Positions 26,485 to 40,411 of a stretch of DNA of 64,000 nucleotides are shown here, piece after piece. Position 1 is the first letter of the stretch; each line of letters opens with the position of its first letter. Origin of the DNA: Eledone cirrhosa (Eukaryota). The notes under the pieces were generated by a model that ran no database searches, was not told the origin of the DNA, and saw only the letters and a program-made list of their open reading frames with translations. Both the position numbers and the translations under genes were made by a program. Location: positions 340,380,001-340,444,000 of the forward strand of contig OZ024740.1 in the NCBI GenBank assembly GCA_964016885.1. The letters are read 5' to 3'.

Positions 26485-29400
26485 ATGAGAAGTTAGTTTA
26501 CTTGAAACATTGTGTAAAGTGTAGAAAATAGTGTTATATTAGAATGCTACCTCAATACATATTGGACATTGTTAAAAGATAACTTTACAAAAGAATAATT
26601 GAGGAAACTAATTCAAAGATATCTTATGTTGCTATATACCTGTCATTTTATAATTTATATATACATGTGCATGTACATATATACTTTTAGCTAACAATTT
26701 CCAATTCTGCTGTCACCAGGCACCTTACTTTTATGATTTGAACTTATGACCTTGTAATGGATTCATCCTGCCTCTCTCTTTTTCTCTCCTGTCAATCTTA
26801 TCTCCATTCTATTTTTCCCTATGCTGTTTTTAAAAAAATAGCAAAAAAAAATCAAGACAGAGTTCTCACAAAGCAGTAACTATAAAAATCTAACTTAATA
26901 TCTGAGTCTTCTGTAGCTACTATTAGATATGATTGTGTACTCTAAGTATAGTTTTCCAAAAAATGCATATAAAAATTTGTGACAAAAAAATATATAGAAA
27001 AATCACCTTCTTATGTGACTTGTTTATATAGAGAGCAGCAATAAAATATATTACTTTTGTTGAAAAGTTATGGGCATCTCAAATAAGCTAAATTTAGAAA
27101 AATCTTGAATTAAGGACTGGAAGCATGATCTAAACTAGATATTGCAAATAAATTATTTCAAAGTTTTCAACAGAAACTATTAGAATCATCAACAGTAATT
27201 AGTTACAGGACGCCATGCCTAATCCATGTATTGCATTAAGAAGAATGCTTATGATACCTATAACTGTAATGAGAAAGAGATATTTTAATAAACTAAAGCT
27301 TATAAAGACATTTGTGGTAGTTCATGACACAAGTCAGGTTAATTTATTTGGCAATTTTGTCAATACAAATTATACTGTAAAAAAATAGATATAGAAAGTG
27401 TTATGAAATCATTGGCTGATCTGAAAACAAAAAATATATTAATTAAAATAATTGTTTCTACTTTTGGCACAAGGCCAGCAATTACCCAGTAAATTACTGG
27501 TATTTTAATTAAAATAATGTATGTTTTTCAGTATCTATTCTTTTGTTCAAATTGTAATTTCTATGGCAGTCCTTTTTTTGGTCAAACAAATGATAAGGTC
27601 TGAGAGTGCAAGTAACTTTATATAGAATATTCTTTTCCTTTTTTTCTAACACAAGTTTGGAATATTAGGCTAAGGTACTCGATAGTCAAGTCCATTGTTA
27701 TCTTTCGTTTAAAATTAAAATAAAAAAAATAAAAAACTTGCCTCTAAAAGCATCAAAATTCAGTTTGGCAAGATAACAAAAAATTCAGTACTGAAGTTCC
27801 ATCTCTTCATGTTGATTGAGTTAGAAAAATAGGTGCCAGAAAGCAAGGAATATCAAATTGTATATTTCTATTCATTTTGTGTGAAGGGACCTCTAAAGCT
27901 GAAGAGCCCCTCACCACTACCAAGCCTCTCTCTCTCTCTATATATATATACCATGCAAGAATGGAAAAACTGATATAAAAAGGAAGATGATATACACATA
28001 CACTTAAATATATATAAGTGGAGAGATGCTGTACTGGAAAGGACTTGTCTAACCCATGCAAACATGAGAAAAAAATGAATGTAAAAAGAATGATAATGAT
28101 ATAGTAGCCTCCATTCCTCAAAGATGGCTAGTCTTGTACCACCTTCCCTCATGGCACTGCCAACTTCAGCTCCTGTTATTCATATTGTGTCCACTGCTAT
28201 GCAAAGTCCATCCTTCTCAGAACATTAAACCTCTAAAATTCTTTCTGTTCAATTTTTTTTTTAAACAGTCAACTTACATCCATTCAAGAACACATACTTA
28301 TTTGTCTTGGAGAGCTTATGAAGGCCAAGGGCACATGCCCTTCTTTCAGACCAGACTCCACTTTCTACATAAAGTGACTTCAGTGCCATTATATCATTAT
28401 TTAATGTCTATTTTCCCTGCTAGCAAGGGTTGAATGGGTCATCACAGACCAAGTCAGTACTCAAGCAAGCCTACTGACCTCTCAAATGGGCTGAAGGGGA
28501 GGCTATTCCTTGCTTACATATAGTTCCACACTCTACAGAGAACATTTTATCATGACACCAGCTTTAGGGAGGTTGTCATGTCATTGACCACATAGTTAAC
28601 AAAAGATGTAGCCTAAACATCTTGCTGACACGAGACTATATTACCAAATGAAAAAGTTATCTGACCTGAGGACTATAATGTAATCTTAGATACGTTGTAA
28701 AATGACAAGCTAGTCAATGCTGGTGTGTCTTTGACCTTAGGTCAACTCGATCAAGGCTAACTTGGAACCAATAAACACCCTATCCATCCAGAAATGAACC
28801 AGGCAGTGGAAAGAGTATGTCCAGACTGTAGAGCTCTATGATAATCAATGCAGATTAAAGTGCGTATATTATGGTTCTCAGCTAGACAGAAGCATGGTTT
28901 AACTGAGACAATGTTGTAGATTATATCAGGTCATTTGACTATCTACCTAGACCACTCAACAAGACTGACTTGAAACCACCAATGATTAAGATGGCTAACT
29001 AATCTATAATTAAATAATTAGTGTTATCTACCTGCTAGTCTACCTAAATCACTATATATATACCTAAGCTATTTATTTAACATGGTAGTTCTAGAAAATC
29101 TTGCCATGTTGTGCAGGTTACCCTCCCTTAGAATGGAATGGTATGTATTTGTCCTTTCTAGAAATGCAGGAACAGCATCACTCAACAGTTTACCTCTGCA
29201 AAAGTGATTCATGGCTAAGAACTGATTTAAGCCACCATAGCTAATTCTTATAAGTTTTAAGAGGTTTCTCTTGACTAGGTCTCAGGAAAAGCATGGCCGG
29301 TATATCAGAATGTGATAACTGGCTGCTAAGAGTCAGCAATGCCTTGATGGGCCTCCACTATAATTGTAGGATTGATGATGGTCATTGGCTCCTTGTTGGG

Positions 29401-30499
29401 TTCATCCATCTCACACTCAGTTTTGTGAAACCCAAATGGCATTGCCAGTTTAGTCACTAACTGTCCAGTTGTGAAACATGGAGTACTGTTGGAAACATAA
29501 TTAGCAATAGTAGATCATTTGATTTGACCTAACACGAACCTTAGAGACAGCTTAAATATGTCAACTCTCAGTATAAAAGCGACAAAGGAAAAAATATCTA
29601 AGTCCCAAGGAGCTTTTGATGGCCAGTACTGAGCTCTAGTTTCATGGTGTTAAGTAGACAAAAGATAAATCTCAAGCTGGATAGGTACTTGTTCCCAACA
29701 CTTAGGCGAAATGAAGATCAAGTAATCTATCTACCCTGAAACTAATACTTTCAGAAGGTTTGCAATCACACCTACAAGCAAATAGCTCATTACTGTATCC
29801 ATTTAGCCAACATGCCTCTTTTAAGGTCTTTCTCGTTCCTGAGATTCAACAGGCAAAAGCTTGTACTTATTTTAACTCAAAGACACACTGCAGCATCTGG
29901 TCCCAGAATAGAACCCAGTCTTACAATCCTAAGACCAACACACTACCTATTCATGTGTACATTCACTATCATAATTCTACAAGATTTATAACTTCTGAAA
30001 AATAAGTGAAGCAATTTTGGCACGAAATTTACCATTTTTCTGAAAGTTTTTCTTTCCAAATATCTTAGAAAAAAAAACCTCTAAAAATGTTGGTTTTCCA
30101 ATGGAAAAAAATAAAACAAGAAAATGTGGAGGTCAATGAAATAACGATGTAAGATCATTCTTTTTTTTAAAACCCATATTGTTTGTTACTAAATAAAACA
30201 AACAAAATTTAGCTTAGTAGTATCTTGTGTATGCATGTATGTGTTCCCGTAGTGTCCATCGGCAACATCACGTTGCCATACACCCTCTCCCGTTCATCTG
30301 CTCTACCTCTCCTACGTGCAGAACCACAGGCATGAGTAGGTATTTTAAAAACCGAAGAACAAAGGTGACCTACAGCTATCACTATGTACACAAATAGTAC
30401 ACCATTTTAACGGAAAACAAATAGTGAGTAAACGAGTGCAGATGTTAGATAAGATTACGATACCATAGATAATCGGTTGGCATTATTTAATATAAAGTA

Positions 30500-30962
30500 G
30501 CGGTGGATTGGCAGTATCGGTAGAGGTTCGGACGCCATGCTTTGACGCATAGAGTTACGGCCCTTGCCATTCTGAGTTCAAATCCCGCCGAGGTTAACTT
30601 TGCCTTTCATCCTTACGGGGTCGATAAAATAAAGTACCAGTAATGCACTGGGTAATTTCTGGCCTTGTGCTAATAGTAGAAACAATTATTTAATATAAAG
30701 TACCAGTAATGCACTGGGTAATTGCTGGCCTTGTGCCAAAAGTAGAAACAATTATTTACAGTGAAAGAGGGCGGTGAATTGGCAGTATCGGTAGAGGGTC
30801 GGACGCCATGCTTTGACGCATAGAGTTACGGCCCTTGCCATTCTGAGTTCAAATCCTGCCGAGGTTAACTTTGCCTTTCATCCTTACGGGGTCGATAAAA
30901 TAAAGTACCAGTAATACACTGGGTGATTGCTGGCCTTGTGCCAAAAGTAGAAACAATTATTT
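30500..30962 (+). mobile_element. Two near-identical tRNA-derived SINEs (family A; 30500-30690 and 30770-30962) separated by a SINE tail
   Basis: A-box tggcagtatcgg and B-box gagttcaaatcc; TSDs attatttaatataaagta and attatttacagtgaaag. Confidence 0.92.
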
Positions 30963-31813
30963 ACAGTGAAAGGGCATAGGTAACTTGAGATCTATTTCCT
31001 AGCTATTAACATATCAACCTTGGCCGTGCAGATTTATAAATAAAGGACGTTCCAACTTTGGCCATCATGTCTTCATCCAAAGACCCATTTCCATTTCTAA
31101 AACTGTGGAGTCGAAGGAGATATGGCTGGGCTGGCGACAATTCAGAGACTCCCTCGTTTGTCTGGATATTTTGAAGTATATAAAAAAAAAACGGATCAAA
31201 TATTGATCCAAGGATATTCCCTATCGTATTCAGAGGAATAAATATAACACTTCTACAGCAGGAAAGTAATGTCTCCATTGTTAGTAAATTGCAAATGATT
31301 TTTAACAAAGCCATACCAATTGGAAATCGAAACCGAATTACTGACAATTCATATGAACACAAGACAGAATGACGAAGAGTTAAGACAAAGAAGATGAGTC
31401 ACTCAGTTTCAGCATTAACTACTTTTATCTTAAAAATTGTCAATATTTTTAGAGATTTGACACTTTTCAGAATTCGTCTACGAAAGCAAGCTACTAATCA
31501 CGTTCGTGAGTCAGCGAGGGAACCTCTACGTTGTTATACGGCCTGCTAGAAATAGCAGCCAAACCTCCCTCAAATCACACATTGTCTTTAAAAGAAGGAC
31601 ACATTTGGTAATGTTGTCCTGGATACTTAATGCCCCCCCCCCCACACACACACACAAAAAAGCCGGCATATACAGGCATACTTTTACTAAAAAGGAATTT
31701 ATCCAAAAGGACAGTGTTATCTGATCGACTAACATAAGCAAGAACAATTAAATCTTTGATTTCAAAGAACTATTTTTTCTACTCTTTATAAGAACAGAAT
31801 ACTAAATATTTTA

Positions 31814-31911
31814 ATAATTGTTTCTACTTTTGGCACAAGGCCAGCAATTATAACAGTGTATTACTGGTACTTTATTTTATCGACACCATAAGGATGAAAG
31901 GCAAAGTTAAC
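31814..31911 (-). mobile_element. 5'-truncated family A SINE with 18-bp TSD
   Basis: actaaatattttaataat at 31801-31818 and 31910-31927. Confidence 0.85.
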
Positions 31912-31958
31912 TAAATATTTTAATAATGTTCTCACATTTGAAAGGGGAAATAGTTTAA

Positions 31959-32235
31959 CGGCGCTTTTGTTTTGTTCCCGGGACGCATGAAACTGAAATT
32001 TAATTCAGTGACCACCGAAAGGAATAGAAAAATCGAACAAAATAAAAAATTATTTTTTTTCCCCATCTAAATTTAAAATTGTACATACACCAGTAAAAAT
32101 GTTGATGTATATATGAATATACAACTCTAAACTACTTTCAAAAAAGAAAAAAGCTTCTTTGGTGGTATTGTCTTAATCCCTTTCGGCGCTCACCGCTTTC
32201 AGTTTCATCAGGATGCGGAAATAGAAAAACGCCGC
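31959..32235. mobile_element. Old MITE with imperfect ~65-bp TIRs and TTAA flanks
   Basis: ttaa-cggcgctttt...atgaaactgaaa...ccgaaaggaat versus atccctttcgg...tttcagtttcat...aaaacgccg-ca-ttaa. Confidence 0.55.
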
Positions 32236-33304
32236 ATTAATACATGCTTGGCTTAGAAAATTATAAGTGTCTCACATTCAAGGTGGTTATATTCGGTGAA
32301 CGGATATAAAATCATAGAAAACAAACTAGATTTTATGATTTGGAAAGAAGGTTTAAACCGAAATTTAAGTGCTTTCAGTATTTGATTTTTTTTCTTACCT
32401 TCTAATGGGTTTTTTTTTTACCTTCTAATGTTTTTTTTTAATATAAGATTCCACTGTTTTAAATAAATTAAGTATTTTTCGTGGTATTTAAATAAAGTGT
32501 GACTGTTTATCCTAAATCCGGTTCCGCACGACCCCCACCTCGATCCGCATACACTTTTTCGAGATATTAACTTCTAAATTATTGTCAAATTATATTGAGA
32601 GGAGTCCTTATACAATTTTTTTAATTTTTTATTCTCAATCACATTCAAATAGCGACGTGTATGAACTTGAAAGCCACAACTTTCACAATAGTTGTCAATT
32701 AAAACACACAAACGAAGCTTACATTTGGGCCAAATATTGTTGTCTAAGTAGAAATTAACAAATATATAGGTACATTAAAAGTTAGGAAGCATTCTAACAG
32801 TAAAAAAAAACAACTATGTATTGTATAGAGTTGACATTGTAAATGGAGAGTGTATAAAGGTCAATCAGTCAGTTACATCACGCAAGCCAACTATAACGTA
32901 ACAGGTTTTCTATTCACGCATCTACATAACTGGATCCTGTGAGACAGATAGAAGGAGCATTTATCATTAACAGGGATCACGCTGTATAATAAAGGATAGA
33001 AGAGAAATGGAGGCATTAATAACTAGTAAAGTAGAACTATAATTTAGTCTCCTCCTCCTGAATTTGTTTCCTCATAACTTTCTTAATAATGCTTATTTCT
33101 AAACGGAATTTTGAAAAGATACGTTTTCGAAGGTGTAGATTACGATATGTGTGTGTGTGTAAACATTTATAATTGTAAAATTACACTATGTTCTTGTAAA
33201 AAATACCCATGACATGAACAAATTTTCGAGTTTGCGTTTAATCAACAGAGATCGAAAGTATTCAGTAATTAAAATATTAACGAACGACAATGTACTTTCT
33301 AACA

Positions 33305-33485
33305 TTGACACAAGGCCAGCTATTTGAAGGGGAAAGTCCAGTGCTTAACTGGTACTCTCTTCTTTCAACCCCGGAAGGATTAAGCAAAATTAATCGAAGT
33401 GAGATTTAAATTCGGAACATAGAAATTCGTAACTAAATAAATACCTAAAAGCATTTTGTCCGACGCTCTACCGACATTACCAATC
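33305..33485 (-). mobile_element. Diverged family A SINE
   Basis: cacaaggccagc ... ccgacgctctaccgac. Confidence 0.7.
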
Positions 33486-34653
33486 CATTCCCCCTGTATA
33501 ACGAAAGTACTATTCCCTTCCACGTAATCCTAAAAATATTTCACTTAGGGACCACAAAACTGGTTATGCAACGACTACTGCTACTTACGTTGGCTCCTAT
33601 AGCAGAATACCTAAGTAAATTAATTCAATGATGAAAAGAATAAAATTATAGTTTCATTTTCTGAAAATTTGGAATGCTTTTGTTTCAATTTTTTTTTTTT
33701 TTTGTGACTACAAATGAAATCGAAATATTTAATTAATTGAAATTACACACATAAATCTATGAATCTGGTGGTCATTTGAACTGAAAACTATAAGAAAAGA
33801 CGGAAGTGGGAAGCTAAAGCAGTAGAATAGTTCAATAAAATCATCTGAGATTTATAAAACGAGAGATATCAGAGGTTTATAAAACGAGAGATATCACTAG
33901 AGAATGAGAACATTATTGTGTTAATAATGAAAAGTAAAATGATTGAGAAAAGCAAATTTAAAATATCAATGTGTAAATAAAAGAAGTTTGGTGAAAATGA
34001 CAAAATTTACTAGAAAGAATTTCAGAGAATTTACCTTGAAATATTATTTCACAAAAAAAAAATAACAGTCGAAAAGTTGTGATCGTTTTAATGTGTTGAA
34101 TAAAAGATAAAAGCGACCTTACGTTGTCCTTGAGGACACAACAACCTTCTCACATCTCTGCTTATCACAGTGGACATTAGACCTTAAAATCAAGTGTTCT
34201 AGCCATAAACAATATTATAAGATGTTGTGAAATAAATATTTACCAAAAACACAAATAATAAAAACAAACCTGGTAACTAATGGACCGACAGCAGAAGTGA
34301 AGAGATACTTGCAGAAAGGTAGAATACTCGAGTGAGAGAGTTAACTAGAGTGGACGAGAAATGGCGAAGCCGACGAGACTTAATGAGACCAAGCGCCTTA
34401 ACTCTTGATGATATATGTTCATTGGAAAGAAAGCAGGATAAGGAGGGGCTTATAAGAAAGAACGGTCCTATCACCGTAATATTCAGAAATATTGGATAAC
34501 AGAAGAATTTTAGAAACAGAGAATATATGTTTCGTGTCTCTTTTGAAAGTAGAGCTATACCCACAGGCTGTACATTTTCGGCTGCTACTTTGTTGTTCTC
34601 GTAGTCATCAACCCTATCATCATTATCATCATATCTGCAGCGCAGGCAGGGCT

Positions 34654-35041
34654 AGAAATGTAAACCTGAGCGTTTCAAATATTAATAATAATATTCGATT
34701 CGCTTGCAATTATGCAAACAGCCTCTTTAAGCCATTCATCAGTAATAAGCAGATCTGATCAGCCAGTCTTCTAATATGAAAATCAAGCTGATCAGTCACT
34801 GTATATTCCAGAAAATTTCATACATTTTCACTAGCTCTGACAGTTGGTGGGTAAGCAGTATATGGTACTGATGAAGGGTAATCACCCAGAAACACTAGTG
34901 TCTGTCGTTCTGGTTACATGCCAACACAAGAGCAAGAATGACGGGCTCATTCTACTTACATGACTTAAAGAGGGTGTCTGCATAATTGCAAACGAATCGA
35001 ATATTATTATTAATATTCGAAAAGCTCAGATTTACATTTCT
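34654..35041. mobile_element. Element with ~78-bp inverted termini (34654-34731 / 34964-35041) containing a hammerhead motif; probable Penelope-like pLTR relic
   Basis: Inverted arms seen directly; HHR at 34862-34908. Confidence 0.65.
34862..34908 (+). ncRNA. Minimal type I hammerhead ribozyme motif
   Basis: atggta-CTGATGA-a-gggt-aatc-accc-a-GAAA-cac-ta-gtg-TC-tgtcgt. Palindromic stem III ACACTAGTGT, GUC triplet; stem I has 3 G.U pairs. Confidence 0.75.
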
Positions 35042-35121
35042 TGTATTCAACCATGTAGAGCGATAAATCAACCATGTAGAGCGATAATCATGAATGTTTG
35101 ATTCTTATAGAATTCTAGTAA

Positions 35122-35594
35122 TGTTTGCTGAAAATTTAAAGTAAGTGAGACTGTCACTACTCTAAAACAATAGCGTAAGGTCTTCAAAATGCTTTTAATT
35201 AAGCATACAGTGTATTGCAAAATACACTATATATACATTCATATATATATCGCTATTTCAGAGCACCAATTCTAATTTTCAATTTCTGCTTTACCGGCAA
35301 CCGCTCTGTATAATCAGTTCCTGATTATTACTAGAATTCTATAAGAATCAAACATTCAAGATTTTCAGCAAACAAGTGGAGTACTTGGCTTTGATAAGTA
35401 TCAATCAACACGAAACAGAGCTCTGTCAGCTTTATCTCCCCTGTTTGCTGAAAATTTAAAGTAAGTGAGACTGTCACTACTCTAAAACAATAGCGTAAGG
35501 TTTTTGAAATGCTTTTAATTAAGCATACAGTGTATTGCAAAATACACTATATATACATTCATATATATATATCGCTATTTCAGAGCACCAATTC

Positions 35595-35600
<6 letters not shown>
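35122..35600 (+). repeat. ~158-bp direct repeat (35122-35279 / 35442-35600) with short inverted patches, ending in (TA)n; pLTR-like
   Basis: tgtttgctgaaaatttaaagtaagtgagactg...gagcaccaattctaatttt occurs twice; 35091-35122 is inverted at 35327-35358. Confidence 0.85.
35387..35431 (+). ncRNA. Degenerate minimal hammerhead motif (core mutated)
   Basis: ggct-TTGATAA-gt...ac-GAAA-cagagctctg-TC-agct. Palindromic stem III; CTGATGA box carries two transitions. Confidence 0.55.
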
Positions 35601-35626
<26 letters not shown>

Positions 35627-35629
35627 AAT

Positions 35630-36362
35630 ATAAATTAGCGAGAATCGTATTTCAGCGTAGGAATTAACGAAAAACAACTTCCGAGATGTGTGGCAAGCGC
35701 TCAATGATTCAGATGAACCAGAGCTACAACGTACGTTAAAGGCCAAACACACTGAGACGATGGTTAAACAATCATCCGCACAACCATAAAAACGACCAAG
35801 TAATTCGTGTCAAACAAATAAAAATAAAAATAACCAGGACTGAGGTCAACGTTGAGCGCGTCAGGCAGATGGTGCGTAGCGATCGTCGGCTGACTGTTTG
35901 ACTGATGGCAAATGAGTTGGGCATGAATCGGGACAGCGTCTAGAAGATTCTCACTGAAGATTTGGACATGCGGAAAGTCTGCGCGAAGATGGTGCCAAAA
36001 CTGCTGAACGGTGTCCAGAAGGATCGACGCATGCAAGTGTGCCAGGACATCCTTGAGTGTCTTGGAACCGAACCAGACTTGCTAGGGACAGTCATCACCG
36101 GTGATGAGTCATGGATCTTCGAGTATGACCTGGAGGGGACCCGTTTTGAAGACGTGGACGACATCAAAAAGGCAGTGACGACGGAACTGCAGAGGATCCC
36201 GGAAGAATCCTTCCAGGAGTGCATGCAAGCGTGGCAGAAAAGGATGGAAAAGTGCATTAGACTCCAGGGGGATTACTCTGAAGGAGAAAACTCTTGTGTG
36301 AAGTTTGGGTTTGAAATAAATCTTTTGTGACATCAGTCCTGGAACTTTTCTGACATACCTCG
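35630..36362 (+). mobile_element. mariner deletion derivative
   Basis: MRKVCAKMVPKLL...VITGDESWIFEYD joined to LEGTRFEDVDDIK...WQKRMEKCI. Right TIR cagtcctggaacttttctgacatacctcg-TA; (TA)n on both sides. Confidence 0.92.
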
Positions 36363-37216
<854 letters not shown>

Positions 37217-37219
37217 CGA

Positions 37220-37248
37220 ACGAAACCCTAAGGGTAGAAACGTAATCC
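37220..37248 (+). ncRNA. 5'-truncated minimal hammerhead motif
   Basis: ACGA-a-accc-taa-gggt-a-GAAA-cg-TA-atcc. CTG and the 5' strand of stem I are lost at the (TA)n junction. Confidence 0.45.
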
Positions 37249-37565
37249 TGGTATGTGTATATGCATTTTTTCTTCTAACTTTAATTTTATACCTAATCGA
37301 TTTCCACGTGCTATTGAAATGATGGGTAAATATTCTATGGCTGTTGATCGCGAATAAGAGGCTATCGTTTATTTATCTATTATTTCTTCACAGGTGCCTT
37401 TTAATCTTATAGTTTGGTTTAATTGTTTTTTTGTGTGGTTGGTTATGCTAATTGGGAGAGGAAATTGAGTATATATCTTATCAAATGATTCTAAGGACAT
37501 AATTTATAGTATATATATATATATATATACATACCACTAAGTCATGTGATATATATATTGATATA

Positions 37566-38991
37566 TATCTGGTGGGCTCTTAGAAAACTAGGTGTTGATG
37601 AATGGCTTGTGAGCGCTATACAAGCCATGTATAAAGAAACAGTCAGCAAGGTTAGAATTAACAACGAATATAGTGAAGAGTTTAGCGTAAAAGTTGGTGT
37701 TCATCAGGGCTCCGTTCTTAGCCCCCTACTATTTATTATTGCCCTTCAGGCTATAACAGAGGAGTTCAAGACCGGCTGCCCATGGGAACTTCTATATGCA
37801 GATGATCTAACGCTCATAGCTGAATCAATGGCCGAACTAGAGAAGAAATTCCAAACATGGAAGCATGGCCTAGAATCAAAAGGCCTTAAAATTAACCTGT
37901 CTAAGACTAAAGTTCTAGTTTGTAGGAAGGAAAATAGGGCACTGGTCCCATCTGGGAAATGGCCATGCTCAGTGTGTAGGAAAGGAGTAGGCAGAAACTT
38001 CATTTTATGTCCCAAATGCAAAGTATGGGTGCATAAAAGATGTAGTGGGATCACAGGTAATCTGACTAAGAATATAGATTTTATATGTGGCCGGTGCTCT
38101 AGTGCAATAAGTAGCAGCAAGTGCCCACAGAATACTAGCTCATTCCATTGCACAGATGGTTCTACAGAAATAGTGGACACCTTCCGTTACCTGGATGACA
38201 AAATCAGCAGTGGGGGAGGGTGCTCTGAAAGTACAGTAGCTAGAGTCAGAACGGGATGGAAAAAGTTCAGAAAGCTTATACCACTATTGGCCGCTAAAGG
38301 GTTCTCTCTAAATATGAAAGGCAGGCTGTATGATGCCTGCATACGAACAGCAATGTTGTATGGCAGTGAGACCTGGGCATTGTGAGCAGAGGATATACGC
38401 AGACTGGAGAGGAACGAAGCTTGCATACTCCGCTGGATGTGTAATAGTAATATACGTGAACGGCAAAGCATAAACGAACTAAGGGAGAAATTGGGAATAA
38501 GAGGGATCAGATGTTGTTTACTCGAAAGAAGACTACGTTGGTACGGTCACGTGATGTGCATGAAAGACGACAGATCTATAAAAAAGTGCAGGGCGATAAA
38601 AATAGATGGTAGCCACGGAGTAGGCAGACCCAGAAAAACCTGGGACAACTTGATAAATTCCGACCTCACACACTTACACCTCTCCAAGACAATGTCACTG
38701 GATCGAGATCTTTGGCGTTACACAGTAATACAGAAGACCCGCCTTGCCTAAGTACAAAGCGAAACCTACAGTCAGTAGGCACCTCTAACAAAAATGCACC
38801 CCATCCCACTACCCCCACCTCATCCACACCAACCCTTTCAATGTAACGTTATGTTGGTACCACAACATCCAGTCCGAAACAAATGAGGTCGTGTAGGTGT
38901 CACGACAAAAAACACACAGTCCACACTGTAATGTGGCCGTGTAGGTGACACGGTAAAAACCTCCCAGTCCACACTGTAAACGTGGTTGGTG
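37566..38991 (+). mobile_element. 5'-truncated RTE LINE whose 3' UTR is cut off by the HHR array
   Basis: IWWALRKLG...YADD...PHD...QKTRLA*, with one internal stop; the last ~150 nt of the UTR are missing. Confidence 0.96.
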
Positions 38992-39040
38992 GTAGTGTCC
39001 AGCAACCATCGTTGCTCGTTTGTTCAACACTGACAAAGGA

Positions 39041-39083
39041 ACGCTGTACTAGTTTCAAGCTTATTAGCTATCGTCAGCAACGT
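39041..39083 (-). ncRNA. Minimal type I hammerhead ribozyme, array copy 1
   Basis: Minus strand acgttg-CTGACGA-t-agct-aata-agct-t-GAAA-c-ta-g-TA-cagcgt. Confidence 0.8.
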
Positions 39084-39459
39084 ATACCTTCCTGCCAGAT
39101 TGTTGAACGTACATACTTACATTATGCATATTAACAGCTGAGAAGCCCAATTTGCATATCGAGTGGGTTAATCGGTCGGGTGCACCGAAAACAATAAATG
39201 GAAAAATGAACCGAAATTTCATTTCCCACTCTTAGTACGGCTGTTACTTAAATATAAGTATGTACACATACATACATATATGTATACAGACGTACAGTAG
39301 TATGTATATATATATACATACATGCACACATATATATATGTACGTATGGATTCACCGAACATTTATTATAATGCTCGGTGTGTTTGTAAATAAACATCCC
39401 GTATTAAGCTGTAGTGTCCAGCAACCATCGTTGCTCGTTTGTTCAACACTGACAAAGGA

Positions 39460-39502
39460 ACGGTGTACTAGTTTCAAGCTTATTAGCTATCGTCAGCAAT
39501 GT
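39460..39502 (-). ncRNA. Minimal type I hammerhead ribozyme, array copy 2 (two stem I substitutions)
   Basis: Same core; stem I is acattg/caccgt. Confidence 0.72.
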
Positions 39503-39859
39503 ATACCTTCCTGCCAGATTTTTGAACGTATATACTTACCTTATGCATATTAACAGCTGAGAAGCCCAATTTGCATATCGAGTGGGTTAATCGGCCGGGT
39601 GCCCCGAAAACGATAAACGGAAAACATGAAACGAAATTTCATTTCCCACTCTAAGTACGGCTGTTACTTAAATATAAGTATGTACACGTACATACATATA
39701 TGTATACAGACGTACAGTAGTATGCACACATATATATATGTACGTATGGATTCACCGAACATTTATTATAATGCTCGGTTTGTTTGTAAACAAACTTCCC
39801 GTATTAAGCCGTAGTGTCTAGCAACCATCGTTGCTCGTTTGTTTAACACTGACAAAGGA

Positions 39860-39902
39860 ACGCTGTACTAGTTTCAAGCTTATTAGCTATCGTCAGCAAC
39901 GT
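39860..39902 (-). ncRNA. Minimal type I hammerhead ribozyme, array copy 3
   Basis: Identical to copy 1. Confidence 0.8.
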
Positions 39903-40238
39903 ATACCTTTCTGCCAGATTGTTGAACGTATATACTTACCTTGTGCATATTAACAGCTGAGAATTAACACCGAGCATTATAATAAATGTTCGGTGAATCC
40001 ATACGTACATATATATATGTGTGCATGTATGTATATATATATACATACTACTGTACGTCTGTATACATATATATATGTACGTGTACATACTTATATTTAA
40101 ATAACAGCCGTACTAAGAGTGGAAAATGAAATTTCGTCTCATTTTTTCTGTTTATCGTTTTCGGTGCACCCGGCCGATTAACCCACTCGATATGCAAATT
40201 GGGCTTCTCAGCTGTTAATATGCATAAGGTAAGTATAT

Positions 40239-40323
40239 CATTATCATCATCATCATCATCATCGTTTAACGTCCATGTTCCACGCTTGCATGGGTTTGGA
40301 CGGGAGTTTTCCCACTTGAGGCT
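40239..40323 (-). mobile_element. ~85-bp RTE 3' tail inserted in the inverted unit
   Basis: (CAT)n-cgtttaacgtccatgttccacgcttgcatggg interrupts aagtatat|acgttc. Confidence 0.85.
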
Positions 40324-40368
40324 GGTAGTCATTGATCGCATACGTTCAAAAATCTGGCAGGAAGCTAT

Positions 40369-40411
40369 ACGTTGCTGACGATAGCTAATAAGCTTGAAAC
40401 TAGTACAGCGT
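40369..40411 (+). ncRNA. Minimal type I hammerhead ribozyme, array copy 4 (inverted unit)
   Basis: acgttg-CTGACGA-tagctaataagctt-GAAA-ctag-TA-cagcgt read directly on the plus strand. Confidence 0.8.

Noticed and set aside
30500-30590. tRNA-like A/B boxes
   Set aside because: These are SINE heads; no full cloverleaf.
34277-34570. Plus-strand frame with few stops (WTDSRSEEIL...)
   Set aside because: Interrupted and unrecognised; probably a TE relic.
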